The notes below the pieces were generated by a model, which was given only the letters and a program-made list of their open reading frames with translations, was not told where the DNA came from and ran no database searches. A DNA stretch of 64,000 nucleotides, taken from an uncultured Victivallales bacterium. GTDB taxonomy: Bacteria > Verrucomicrobiota > Lentisphaeria > Victivallales > UBA1829. Below, one piece after another: positions 16,645-24,569 of this stretch (position 1 is the first letter of the stretch; every line of letters starts with the position of its first letter). Both the position numbers and the translations under genes were made by a program. The stretch covers positions 558 through 64,557 of the forward strand of contig CALXRI010000006.1 in NCBI GenBank assembly GCA_944390795.1, in the 5' to 3' direction.

Positions 16645-19056
16645 ATGAAAGCGGTCATTATCGGCGGAGTGGCGGGCGGAGCGAGCGCGGCGGCCCGTCT
16701 GCGCAGACTCGACGAACATGCGGAAATCATTCTTGTTGAACGCGGCGGCTCCATCTCCTATGCAAACTGCGGACTGCCCTATCATCTCGGGAATGTCATA
16801 CCTGACCGGGACGATCTGCTTGTCATGACTCCGGAGAACTTCCGCGCGCGTTTCAAGGTCGATGTCCGCACCCGCTGCGAGGCGCTGCGCATCAACCGTC
16901 CCGAAAAAACCGTCATATTGCGCAATCTCGACACGGGAGAGGAATCAGCGGAACACTACGACAAACTGATCCTTTCGCCGGGCTCCTCCCCTCTTCCGGT
17001 CTCCATTCCCGGCGCGGATCAACCGGGCATTCTCCACTTCTGGACGCTTGCCGACATGGACAGACTGGAAAACCGCCTGAAAAACGGTGCGGAAAAGGCG
17101 CTTGTCATCGGCGGCGGCTTCGTCGGGCTGGAACTTGCGGAAAATCTCTGCGCAAGAAAACTGGAAGTCACGCTGATTCAGCGCGGACGCCAGCTTCTTC
17201 CGACGCTGGATTATGAAATGAGTTCGCTTCTTGTAACGGAACTGCGCAATCTCGGCATCCGGGTCGAAATGGAAACCGAAGTGACGCGTTTCGAACCGGC
17301 GGAAAAAGGATTCACAGCCGTCCTGAGCAGTGGGAAAACCCTTGCCGCCGACACGGCGGTCCTGAGCATCGGCGTCCGTCCGAATTCGGAACTGGCAGAA
17401 GCCGCGGGTCTTGCCCTCGGTCCGCGCGGACACATTGTCACTGACGCGGAACTGCGCACCGGCGATCCGGACATCTTTGCCGTCGGCGATGCGATCGAAG
17501 TCGCCGATCCGATTTTCGGAGGCAGAACGGCAATCGCCCTTGCCGGACCCGCGAACCGTCAGGGCCGCACCGCCGCGGAAAATGTTCTCGGCGGACACGG
17601 AACATACAAAGGCACCATCGGCGCATCCGTTATCAAAGTCGGCACGCTGACCGCCGGCATGGTCGGCTGTTCCGAACGGCATCTCGCATCCAAAGACGTT
17701 CCTTATCACAAAATCTATCTCCACCCGAATTCGAACGCCTCCTATTATCCGGGAGGAGCGCAGCTTCACATGAAAGTGATCTTCGGACACGACGGCCGGA
17801 TCTTCGGCGCACAGATCGTCGGCGCAAAAGGAGTTGACAAACGCATCGACGTCATCTCCTGCGCCATGCAGAACGGATGCGGAATCAGCGACCTCGCCTC
17901 TCTGGAACTGGCCTATGCGCCGCCGTATTCCTCCGCGAAAGATCCGGTCAATCTGGCGGGAATGATCGGAGAAAATGTCCTGGCGGGGAAAACACACCTT
18001 GCCCATTTCGATGCGCTTCCGGACGGATGTTTCCTGCTGGATGTCCGTGAAACCGCCGAATTCGAGCTCGGCTCCCTTCCCGGCGCACGCAACATCCCGC
18101 TCGGCGAACTGCGGAAGCGCCTTGCGGAACTTCCGCGCGGGCGCGCGATCTATATTTTCTGTCAGTCCGGACTGCGCGGCTATGTGGCGGAACGGATTCT
18201 CGTTCAGCACAGTTTTGACGCAGTGAACATTTCCGGGGGATACCTGAGCTGGAAAATGTTTCAGGGGCCCGCTCCAACCCCGCCGGATCCGGCAGGGGGA
18301 AAACCGGACAGACCCGTATTCGCACTCTGCCGGAAACAGCTTGATGTCCGCGCTCTCGCCTGTCCGGGGCCGGTCGTCCGCCTGAAGCAGGAAATGGACA
18401 GCCTTGCGCAGGGAGAGAGTCTCGAACTGCTCGCCCCGCGCTCTTTCGACCCCGACCTCCTGAACTGGATCAAATCCAGCGGCAACGAACTGCTCAGCCG
18501 GGAGCTGAAGGCAGACTACCTCTCCGCGCTGATCCGGAGAAGAATTCCGGGTGCGGAAACAGCGGCTCTTCCTGCGCCGCAATCGGAGCAGACCGGAGCC
18601 ATCGTGCTCTTCAGCAATGATCTGGACAAGGCGATGGCGGCGCTCATCATCGCATGCGGCATGGCGGCTTCCGGCATGAAGGTCGGAATTTTCTTCACCT
18701 TCTGGGGGCTGAGCGTGCTCCGGAAGAACCCGTCTCCGCCTGTCCCGAAAAATGCCGTTTCAAAGCTTTTCGGATGGCTTCTGCCGAAAGGCGCGGGGCG
18801 TCTCCGGCTCTCCAAAATGAACATGGGCGGACTCGGAACCATGACCATGAAGCGGATCATGGCGCAGCAGAACGTCGCTTCGCTCCCGGAGCTGCTGCAG
18901 CAGGCACGGGCGCTGGGCGTGAAATTCATCGCCTGCGAAATGGCCATGAACGTCATGGGAATCACCCGTGAAGAACTTGCGGATGTGGACGAGGTCGCCG
19001 GAGTCGCAAGTTTCGTCGAACTGGCAAAGCGGAACGGCAGAACGCTTTTCATCTGA
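16645..19056 (+). CDS. CoA-disulfide reductase-like flavoprotein fused to rhodanese, TusA/SirA-like and DsrE-like domains
   Basis: GGVAGGASAA FAD motif. SYANCGLPY redox Cys at 16768-16770. Rhodanese loop FCQSGLRG. TusA motif ALACPGPVV. C-terminal DsrE/DrsE_2-like segment IVLFSNDLDKAMAALIIACG...FIACEMAMNVMG. Start ATG 16645 with RBS AGGGGGA. Confidence 0.85.
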   Translation: MKAVIIGGVAGGASAAARLRRLDEHAEIILVERGGSISYANCGLPYHLGNVIPDRDDLLVMTPENFRARFKVDVRTRCEALRINRPEKTVILRNLDTGEESAEHYDKLILSPGSSPLPVSIPGADQPGILHFWTLADMDRLENRLKNGAEKALVIGGGFVGLELAENLCARKLEVTLIQRGRQLLPTLDYEMSSLLVTELRNLGIRVEMETEVTRFEPAEKGFTAVLSSGKTLAADTAVLSIGVRPNSELAEAAGLALGPRGHIVTDAELRTGDPDIFAVGDAIEVADPIFGGRTAIALAGPANRQGRTAAENVLGGHGTYKGTIGASVIKVGTLTAGMVGCSERHLASKDVPYHKIYLHPNSNASYYPGGAQLHMKVIFGHDGRIFGAQIVGAKGVDKRIDVISCAMQNGCGISDLASLELAYAPPYSSAKDPVNLAGMIGENVLAGKTHLAHFDALPDGCFLLDVRETAEFELGSLPGARNIPLGELRKRLAELPRGRAIYIFCQSGLRGYVAERILVQHSFDAVNISGGYLSWKMFQGPAPTPPDPAGGKPDRPVFALCRKQLDVRALACPGPVVRLKQEMDSLAQGESLELLAPRSFDPDLLNWIKSSGNELLSRELKADYLSALIRRRIPGAETAALPAPQSEQTGAIVLFSNDLDKAMAALIIACGMAASGMKVGIFFTFWGLSVLRKNPSPPVPKNAVSKLFGWLLPKGAGRLRLSKMNMGGLGTMTMKRIMAQQNVASLPELLQQARALGVKFIACEMAMNVMGITREELADVDEVAGVASFVELAKRNGRTLFI

Positions 19057-19130
19057 CGGAACCAGGAATCGGCCGGAATAAGGCATTGATGGAAAATGAA
19101 CTCCCCCGGCGCAGAACACACGCTCATATC

Positions 19131-19238
19131 GGGGGATTTCGCCTGCGGCGACCAGCTTGCGCGGCCGGACCGCGGCAGGGATGGCAGGTCCTGCACGAAG
19201 CGATTTTTGGCGATGCGGAGCATCGCGGCATCAACCTG
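19131..19238. repeat. copy A of a ~105-nt structured intergenic repeat (inverted relative to copy B at 59312..59416)
   Basis: The reverse complement of 19131..19238 aligns by eye with 59312..59416 at roughly 85-90% identity (AGGTTrATGCCGCGATGCTCyGCATCGCCAAAAATyGCTTCGTGCAGG...CCTGCCGCGGTCC...GCGCAAGCTGGTCGCC...AGGCGAAATCCC). Confidence 0.75.
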
Positions 19239-19240
19239 AT

Positions 19241-19281
19241 AAAAAAAGACCCGCGCAGGAATGAAAACTCCGCGCGGGTCT
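19241..19281 (-). terminator. rho-independent terminator of the 19299..21329 gene
   Basis: On the - strand, AGACCCGCGC..GCGCGGGTCT forms a 10-bp stem followed by TTTTTTT. Confidence 0.7.
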
Positions 19282-19298
19282 CTTTGCAACCGGCAATG

Positions 19299-21329
19299 TC
19301 AATAATGGAAAACCACCATCTGATGACAGACCAGGCGGTCAAGCCTGACCTCGTATCTGCCGTCCTTCAGGCGGACAGGCAGTTCCGCACCCTGCGGCTC
19401 CAGCGTAATTTTCCGGACCGTCTCCGGAAGCTTCACCGACGCAATGACGTTTTCCGCGGGATTCAACTCCTCAATCACCTCGATCGTCGAAGTGTTGCGG
19501 ACATTGCCGCCGGACATCTCCATCCGGCTTCCGCGGTTGATCGTATTCACATACAGCAGGTGCAGAATGTAGCGCCTCTCCTCCTCCTGCTTCATCAGCG
19601 TCATGCGTCCCTGCGACGGCAGATTCGTATGTACGGAGAGATCCTCGCCCGCAAACGCCATGATCGCATGCGCGACATACTGTTTCAGCGCCACGTTGCC
19701 GTATCCCGCATAAAGCCCGAAAACCGGATGGGCGAAGTACAGAATGCCGCCGGTCATGATTCCGGCGTCGAAACCGGAGGGCTCAGGTTTGTAAGGGGTA
19801 TGCTGGTGGGATGAGAAATGCGCATAGGTCCGGTTGAAGTAAGGATCGTAAATCTCCCCGAGGGAAACTCCCCCTTTCACCTTGATCCTGTGCGACGGCC
19901 GATACATGACAAAGGGAGTCTTCACGAAATCCGGCGCAACGGCGGGAGCGGCTTTGACGTAATCCGGGAAAAGCGGATTGATTCCCGCATATTCCATCGG
20001 CAGGTCGAATGCGGGGACATCCTCGTCGGCCTTGAGGACGGAGGAGCCGGAAAGAATCAGCTTTCCGCCTCGCGCAAGAAAGGCGCCGAGCCGTTTGCCC
20101 AGCTCGGGAGAGATCCGGATGTCGTCGGCAAGCACAAGCACCCGGTAGGGGTCGAAGCTCATTTCCCGGTCGAGCAGATCAAAATGGATGTGGCTTTCCA
20201 GCAGAAGACGCGAGGCGCCGGTCTCCCCGGGAGGGGACGCGGTTCCGGCGCAGGACGGATCCGGATGGAAAGCGGTGTTCGAGAGAATCGCAACGTCGGC
20301 GGCGCTTCTGACATGGCGGCACCAGGGCTCCTTCCGTTCGACCTCCTCGTATGCCTTCCCGATCAGCTCATAGGTGCTCTCGTCCAGATTTCCGGACGGA
20401 TGGAGCTGGTCTCCGATGCTGCACTTGGAACCGTTGGCAAGCATTGCGGCGCATTCATAGCGCAGCGCATTCGGATGCTTGAATCCGCCGAACTCGCCCC
20501 ATGTGGTATGGAATTTTCCGGTCATGCCGAGGAAATCGAGCTCCAGCTTGCGGCAATAGGCGGCTGACATCGGATAATGGTCGTATCCCCAGCCGCCTGT
20601 CGGCAGGGACTCCAGTTCCAGATGACTGAAGTAAGGCAGAATTTCCCGGTTGCCGACGGTTACATTGCCGCTGTTGTGAAACACAGGCATTTCCGGATTG
20701 AGCGACCGGGCGGCGGCGGTGACACGCCGGTAGTATTTCATCAGAGTCCGCTTTGCGAAACGCGCGCGGTCATCCGGATTCTCCGGATCATATCCCTCTT
20801 TCGCCATGTCCGCCATGCACCAGTTGCAGCAGCAGGGGGACTGGCTGATGATATCGATGAAAACGCCGTCCGCATCGGGGAAAAGGCGCACCGCCTCCTC
20901 GATCATGCAACAGAGATAATCCAGGTATGGCGTATTGAAACAGAGCTTCCGGAATCCGGGCCTGATCGGGCTGGAAACCCATCCGCCAAGTTCTCCCTGC
21001 GCTGTGATTTCCCGCCATTCCGGATGAATCTCCGCGGCAAGGTTGTTGACGCCGCCGGTCAGATAAATCGGCACATTGACATTGATCTCATGGCAGGCAT
21101 CCATCTGTGCGCGGAGCAGATTGAAATCAAGCCCGGGATGCATTTTCCCGACTTTGGTGGGATGATAACTCCAGCCGTGATGACAGGAGGAAAAACAGGT
21201 AATGGAATCCACATGCGCTTTTTTCAAGGCATCCTGCCATTGTCTCCTGTCAAACTTCGCTCCGATTCCCGGAATCAAAGGCGAAGTGTGAAAATCCAGG
21301 TGTACCTGACGAAAACGCAATTCTTTCAT
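19299..21329 (-). CDS. putative glycoside hydrolase-like TIM-barrel protein (GHL6-like with beta-galactosidase-trimerisation-like region)
   Basis: The N-terminal MKELRFRQVHLDFHTSP pattern recalls the 'hypothetical glycosyl hydrolase 6' family. ATG 21329 has GGAAGGA upstream, and the longer ORF to 21386 lacks an RBS. Family assignment is from memory only. Confidence 0.55.
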   Translation of the reverse strand: MKELRFRQVHLDFHTSPLIPGIGAKFDRRQWQDALKKAHVDSITCFSSCHHGWSYHPTKVGKMHPGLDFNLLRAQMDACHEINVNVPIYLTGGVNNLAAEIHPEWREITAQGELGGWVSSPIRPGFRKLCFNTPYLDYLCCMIEEAVRLFPDADGVFIDIISQSPCCCNWCMADMAKEGYDPENPDDRARFAKRTLMKYYRRVTAAARSLNPEMPVFHNSGNVTVGNREILPYFSHLELESLPTGGWGYDHYPMSAAYCRKLELDFLGMTGKFHTTWGEFGGFKHPNALRYECAAMLANGSKCSIGDQLHPSGNLDESTYELIGKAYEEVERKEPWCRHVRSAADVAILSNTAFHPDPSCAGTASPPGETGASRLLLESHIHFDLLDREMSFDPYRVLVLADDIRISPELGKRLGAFLARGGKLILSGSSVLKADEDVPAFDLPMEYAGINPLFPDYVKAAPAVAPDFVKTPFVMYRPSHRIKVKGGVSLGEIYDPYFNRTYAHFSSHQHTPYKPEPSGFDAGIMTGGILYFAHPVFGLYAGYGNVALKQYVAHAIMAFAGEDLSVHTNLPSQGRMTLMKQEEERRYILHLLYVNTINRGSRMEMSGGNVRNTSTIEVIEELNPAENVIASVKLPETVRKITLEPQGAELPVRLKDGRYEVRLDRLVCHQMVVFHY

Positions 21330-21550
21330 GACACACGATCCTTCCCGACATGCGGTATTTGTTTTTTCAACTGTTTGTTTTTTCAACTACAATAATGGCA
21401 TTCTGCGGAAAAATCAACTTTTCCCCTATGAATAATCCCACCGGTTTTATGTGGAAAAAAGAAAAGCAGATTCTCAGCCAATGCCGATTCCCGCGGCAGA
21501 CGGCCGCTCGGAATCAAGGCTCCCGCAAGAGGGGAGAAGAGGAAAGAACG

Positions 21551-23701
21551 TCAGAGCTCCGCCACTCTTCCGAACTGCGTGTCATGCAGTTTTTTGTATC
21601 TGCCTCCAAGACGCAGAAGCTCCTCGTGAGTGCCGGATTCGACAATATGCCCCCTCTCAAGAACGATAATTGTGTTTGCATTCTTGATCGTGCTGAGGCG
21701 ATGCGCAATGGCAAAAACAGTGCGGTTCTCCATCACTTTGTTCAAGGCATCCTGAACCAGTTTCTCCGTTACGGTGTCCAGCGCGCTGGTGGCTTCGTCC
21801 AGAATCAGAATCGGCGGATTCTTGAGAATCGCGCGCGCAATGGAGACACGCTGTTTTTCTCCGCCGCTCAACAGGAATCCCTTCTCGCCGACAACCGTGT
21901 CGTAGCCGGCCTTGTGCCGCCCGTCCGTGATGAAGCGGTCGGCGTTGGCCTGTTTCGCGGCCTGAATAATCGCCTCGCGGGGCGCATCCGGCACACCGTA
22001 GGCGATATTGTTTGCGATCGTGTCGTTGAAAAGAACCGCGTCCTGGGAAACAATCCCGATCAGATCGCGCAGCGAATCCGTCCTGATGTCGCGCAGATCG
22101 ATTCCGTCGATTGTCACCTGTCCGCCGTTCACGTCATAAAAGCGGGCGATCAGATTTGCAATCGTGGTTTTTCCGGAACCGGTCTCGCCGACAACCGCAA
22201 CCAAATGTCCTTTCGGAATGACGAAACTGATGCCGTCAAGGATTTTCTTCCGGTCGTAGGCGAACACGACATCGGTAAAACGGATTTCCTTTCTGAATTC
22301 CCGGATTGTGACCGGATTCTCCTTTTCATGCAGACTGGTATCAATGTCAATGAGCTGAAAGTACCGGTCCGCCGCCGCCATGCTGCGCTGCAGCAGCGAG
22401 GAGATTTTCGCCAGTTCCTTGATCGGGGCATACGCCATGAAACAGGGAGCGAGCAGCTGCGCAAGCTCGGTCAGCGTGACGCCCTGGCTGTAACTGAACA
22501 CAAAAAACACCAGTGTGGAACCCACCGCCACCGTTTCCATCAGAGGCGCCATGAAAAGCTGCATTTTCAGGGCACGGTTGATCGATTTGAAATACCCGGC
22601 ATTGGTATGCTCGAAGCGCTCCACCTCGCGCTGTTCGGCGTGATAAGCCTTGACGACGACAATGCCGGAAAGCGCCTCGTGCATCCGGGTGACAACCGCG
22701 GCAATCTGGGCAAACGACCGCTTGTAGATCTTCCGGATTTTTCTTGCGATAATCATAATGGGCAGGACGCAGAGAGGCAGTCCGATGAAAAGAATGACAG
22801 CAAGAAGCCAGTTGTTGTATTTCATGCTGGCAATGAGAATCGCGGCAGCGCAGGCGAGAATTTCCAGCGGGCAGCGCGTCGCATCGGCAATTGAGTTCGT
22901 AATTGCCGATTCCAATGCACTTGTATCGTTGGTCGTCCGGCTGATCAGCTGTCCGACGTCGAGCTGTCCATAAAAACGAAGCGACTGATTCATCATTTTC
23001 CGGAACGCTTCATCGCGCATATCCGTGGAAACCTTAGCTCCCACCCATTTCGTGTAATAGTTGTTGATGAAAATGAAAAGATTGCGGATGGCCCAGAGCA
23101 GAATGAATCCGACAACGAAAATGGAGAAGAACTGCCATGTCATGCTGCCCGTCGGCGTCTCGGCGGGAAGATTCAGAAGGACAGCGCCTCCAACGGAGAA
23201 GACAATGTTCCCCTCCTGATAAGCCAGACGCATCTTCCAGGAAGGCGGAACAACGCGGTTGAGTTCCTCATCGGCCTTGACAAGCTTCTTTTCCAGTTCC
23301 CCGCGCTTGTCGGGAGCGAGCAGAATGGCGGAGACTTCCCGGATTTTCTCCGCTTCGGTCAGATTCCGTCCTTCGGAATTCCGTACAATCCGTTCGGCCA
23401 GCTGCTTCTCCGGCAGGGCAAGGATGTTTCCGACATGCCGTATCCGTTCCGCAGGATCGGTCTCCCGTTCCATGACGCGGACAATCTCCGCCGCCGTTTT
23501 TTCCACGGCTTCAAAATTCTCCGGTTTGTCCGGATCCACTCCTTTCATCAGATAGGGAATCATCAGCAGACCGCCGAGAAGCGAACTGCTGGCGATGAAA
23601 CCGGCCAGAATTCCTATGGCAAGGCGCCATTTGTAAGGCCTGGCATAGCCGAGCAGACGCCAGTAATTCATGAAATCGCGTTTTCTGTTGTGGTGGGACA
23701 T
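21551..23701 (-). CDS. ABC exporter, fused permease/ATPase (MsbA-like) with enlarged first extracytoplasmic loop
   Basis: Walker A GETGSGKTT, signature LSGGEKQR, Walker B ILILDEATSALD. The six-TM exporter core is interrupted by ~133 extra residues between TM1 and TM2. Confidence 0.85.
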   Translation of the reverse strand: MSHHNRKRDFMNYWRLLGYARPYKWRLAIGILAGFIASSSLLGGLLMIPYLMKGVDPDKPENFEAVEKTAAEIVRVMERETDPAERIRHVGNILALPEKQLAERIVRNSEGRNLTEAEKIREVSAILLAPDKRGELEKKLVKADEELNRVVPPSWKMRLAYQEGNIVFSVGGAVLLNLPAETPTGSMTWQFFSIFVVGFILLWAIRNLFIFINNYYTKWVGAKVSTDMRDEAFRKMMNQSLRFYGQLDVGQLISRTTNDTSALESAITNSIADATRCPLEILACAAAILIASMKYNNWLLAVILFIGLPLCVLPIMIIARKIRKIYKRSFAQIAAVVTRMHEALSGIVVVKAYHAEQREVERFEHTNAGYFKSINRALKMQLFMAPLMETVAVGSTLVFFVFSYSQGVTLTELAQLLAPCFMAYAPIKELAKISSLLQRSMAAADRYFQLIDIDTSLHEKENPVTIREFRKEIRFTDVVFAYDRKKILDGISFVIPKGHLVAVVGETGSGKTTIANLIARFYDVNGGQVTIDGIDLRDIRTDSLRDLIGIVSQDAVLFNDTIANNIAYGVPDAPREAIIQAAKQANADRFITDGRHKAGYDTVVGEKGFLLSGGEKQRVSIARAILKNPPILILDEATSALDTVTEKLVQDALNKVMENRTVFAIAHRLSTIKNANTIIVLERGHIVESGTHEELLRLGGRYKKLHDTQFGRVAEL

Positions 23702-23884
23702 CGGAATTCCTCGGTAAAAATCTTCCTGTGCTTTTCTTCAATAAACGGGTAAAATATCACAATTTCTCTTTTCTGCAACAAACACGGCCGGGAAAAATCG
23801 GAAAAATGAAATCACCCAGACGGACAATCGGGTTGCGGAAGGCGCTGCCGCCTCCACTGACCGGAATCATGCGGAAAAAAAGAC

Positions 23885-23917
23885 AAAAAAAACTCCGCCC
23901 CATGCGGATGCGGAGTT
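23885..23917 (-). terminator. rho-independent terminator of rpsT
   Basis: On the - strand, AACTCCGC..GCGGAGTT forms a stem followed by a T-run (TTTTTTTT). Confidence 0.65.
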
Positions 23918-23947
23918 TCCAGAATTACGGGGAAAAACGGAAGCGTC

Positions 23948-24253
23948 TCAGGATGCGGGAGCCTCGGCCTTTTTTGCAATGCCATTGACCAGGGAGGCGA
24001 GACGGGATTTCTTTCTGTCGGCCTTGTTCTTGTGGAACGTGCCGGATTTGACAGCCTTGTCAAGAGCCGCATACTGGGTCCGGAGAAGCTGAGCCGCGGA
24101 ATCCTTGTCGCCGGCGGCGACAGCAGCCCGGAGTTTCTTCTCCTGCGTGCTGATCGCATTTCTGCGGGATTTATGTCTGACACGGGCTCTTTCACTCTGC
24201 TTGTGGGTCTTGACTGCGGACTTTCTCACAAGAACTTTTTTCTTTTCTGCCAT
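23948..24253 (-). CDS. rpsT: 30S ribosomal protein S20
   Basis: 101 aa and highly basic. The KSAVKTHKQSERARVRHKSRRNA...KAVKSGTFHKNKADRKKSRL pattern matches S20. Confidence 0.9.
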   Translation of the reverse strand: MAEKKKVLVRKSAVKTHKQSERARVRHKSRRNAISTQEKKLRAAVAAGDKDSAAQLLRTQYAALDKAVKSGTFHKNKADRKKSRLASLVNGIAKKAEAPAS

Positions 24254-24488
24254 TTGAAAAATCCTTTCCGTTATGACAAGATTGCATTATTGCTATTTCA
24301 AAATATATAATATAGCCCGCAGTGACACAGCTTTTCAAGTCGCAATGGCTAAATTTTGCGGAAAAAAAGTTCCGTATTTTCCAAAATCCCTCCAAAAATG
24401 CTTGAAGAAGGAGGGGAAAGGATGTAAATTATCCCATGTAACAGTACTGGTTGCCTGTCCCCGGTACGGCTGAACGCGGGGAGAATCA

Positions 24489-24522
24489 GGCGGGTTTCGC
24501 CAAAAGACCCGCCTTATTTTTT
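24489..24522 (+). terminator. intrinsic terminator/attenuator in the nusA leader
   Basis: GGCGGGT(24489-95)/ACCCGCC(24507-13) stem followed by TTATTTTTT, 48 nt upstream of the nusA ATG. No CDS precedes it on this strand. Confidence 0.6.
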
Positions 24523-24569
24523 GGCATCGTCCGGATCAAAAAAACTTTAACGGCCTGGAGGCGGTAATT

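Noticed and set aside
19131-19238. Possible SRP (4.5S) RNA or other housekeeping RNA, because of a CAGGTCC...GAAGC-like string.
   Set aside because: It occurs in two diverged copies. It lacks the conserved SRP domain IV motifs in order, and the resemblance is only a few nucleotides.
24273-24473. 66-aa ORF between rpsT and nusA.
   Set aside because: It has no RBS, an AT-rich promoter-region composition and an odd Cys/Lys-rich translation. It overlaps the divergent promoter region and leader hairpins.
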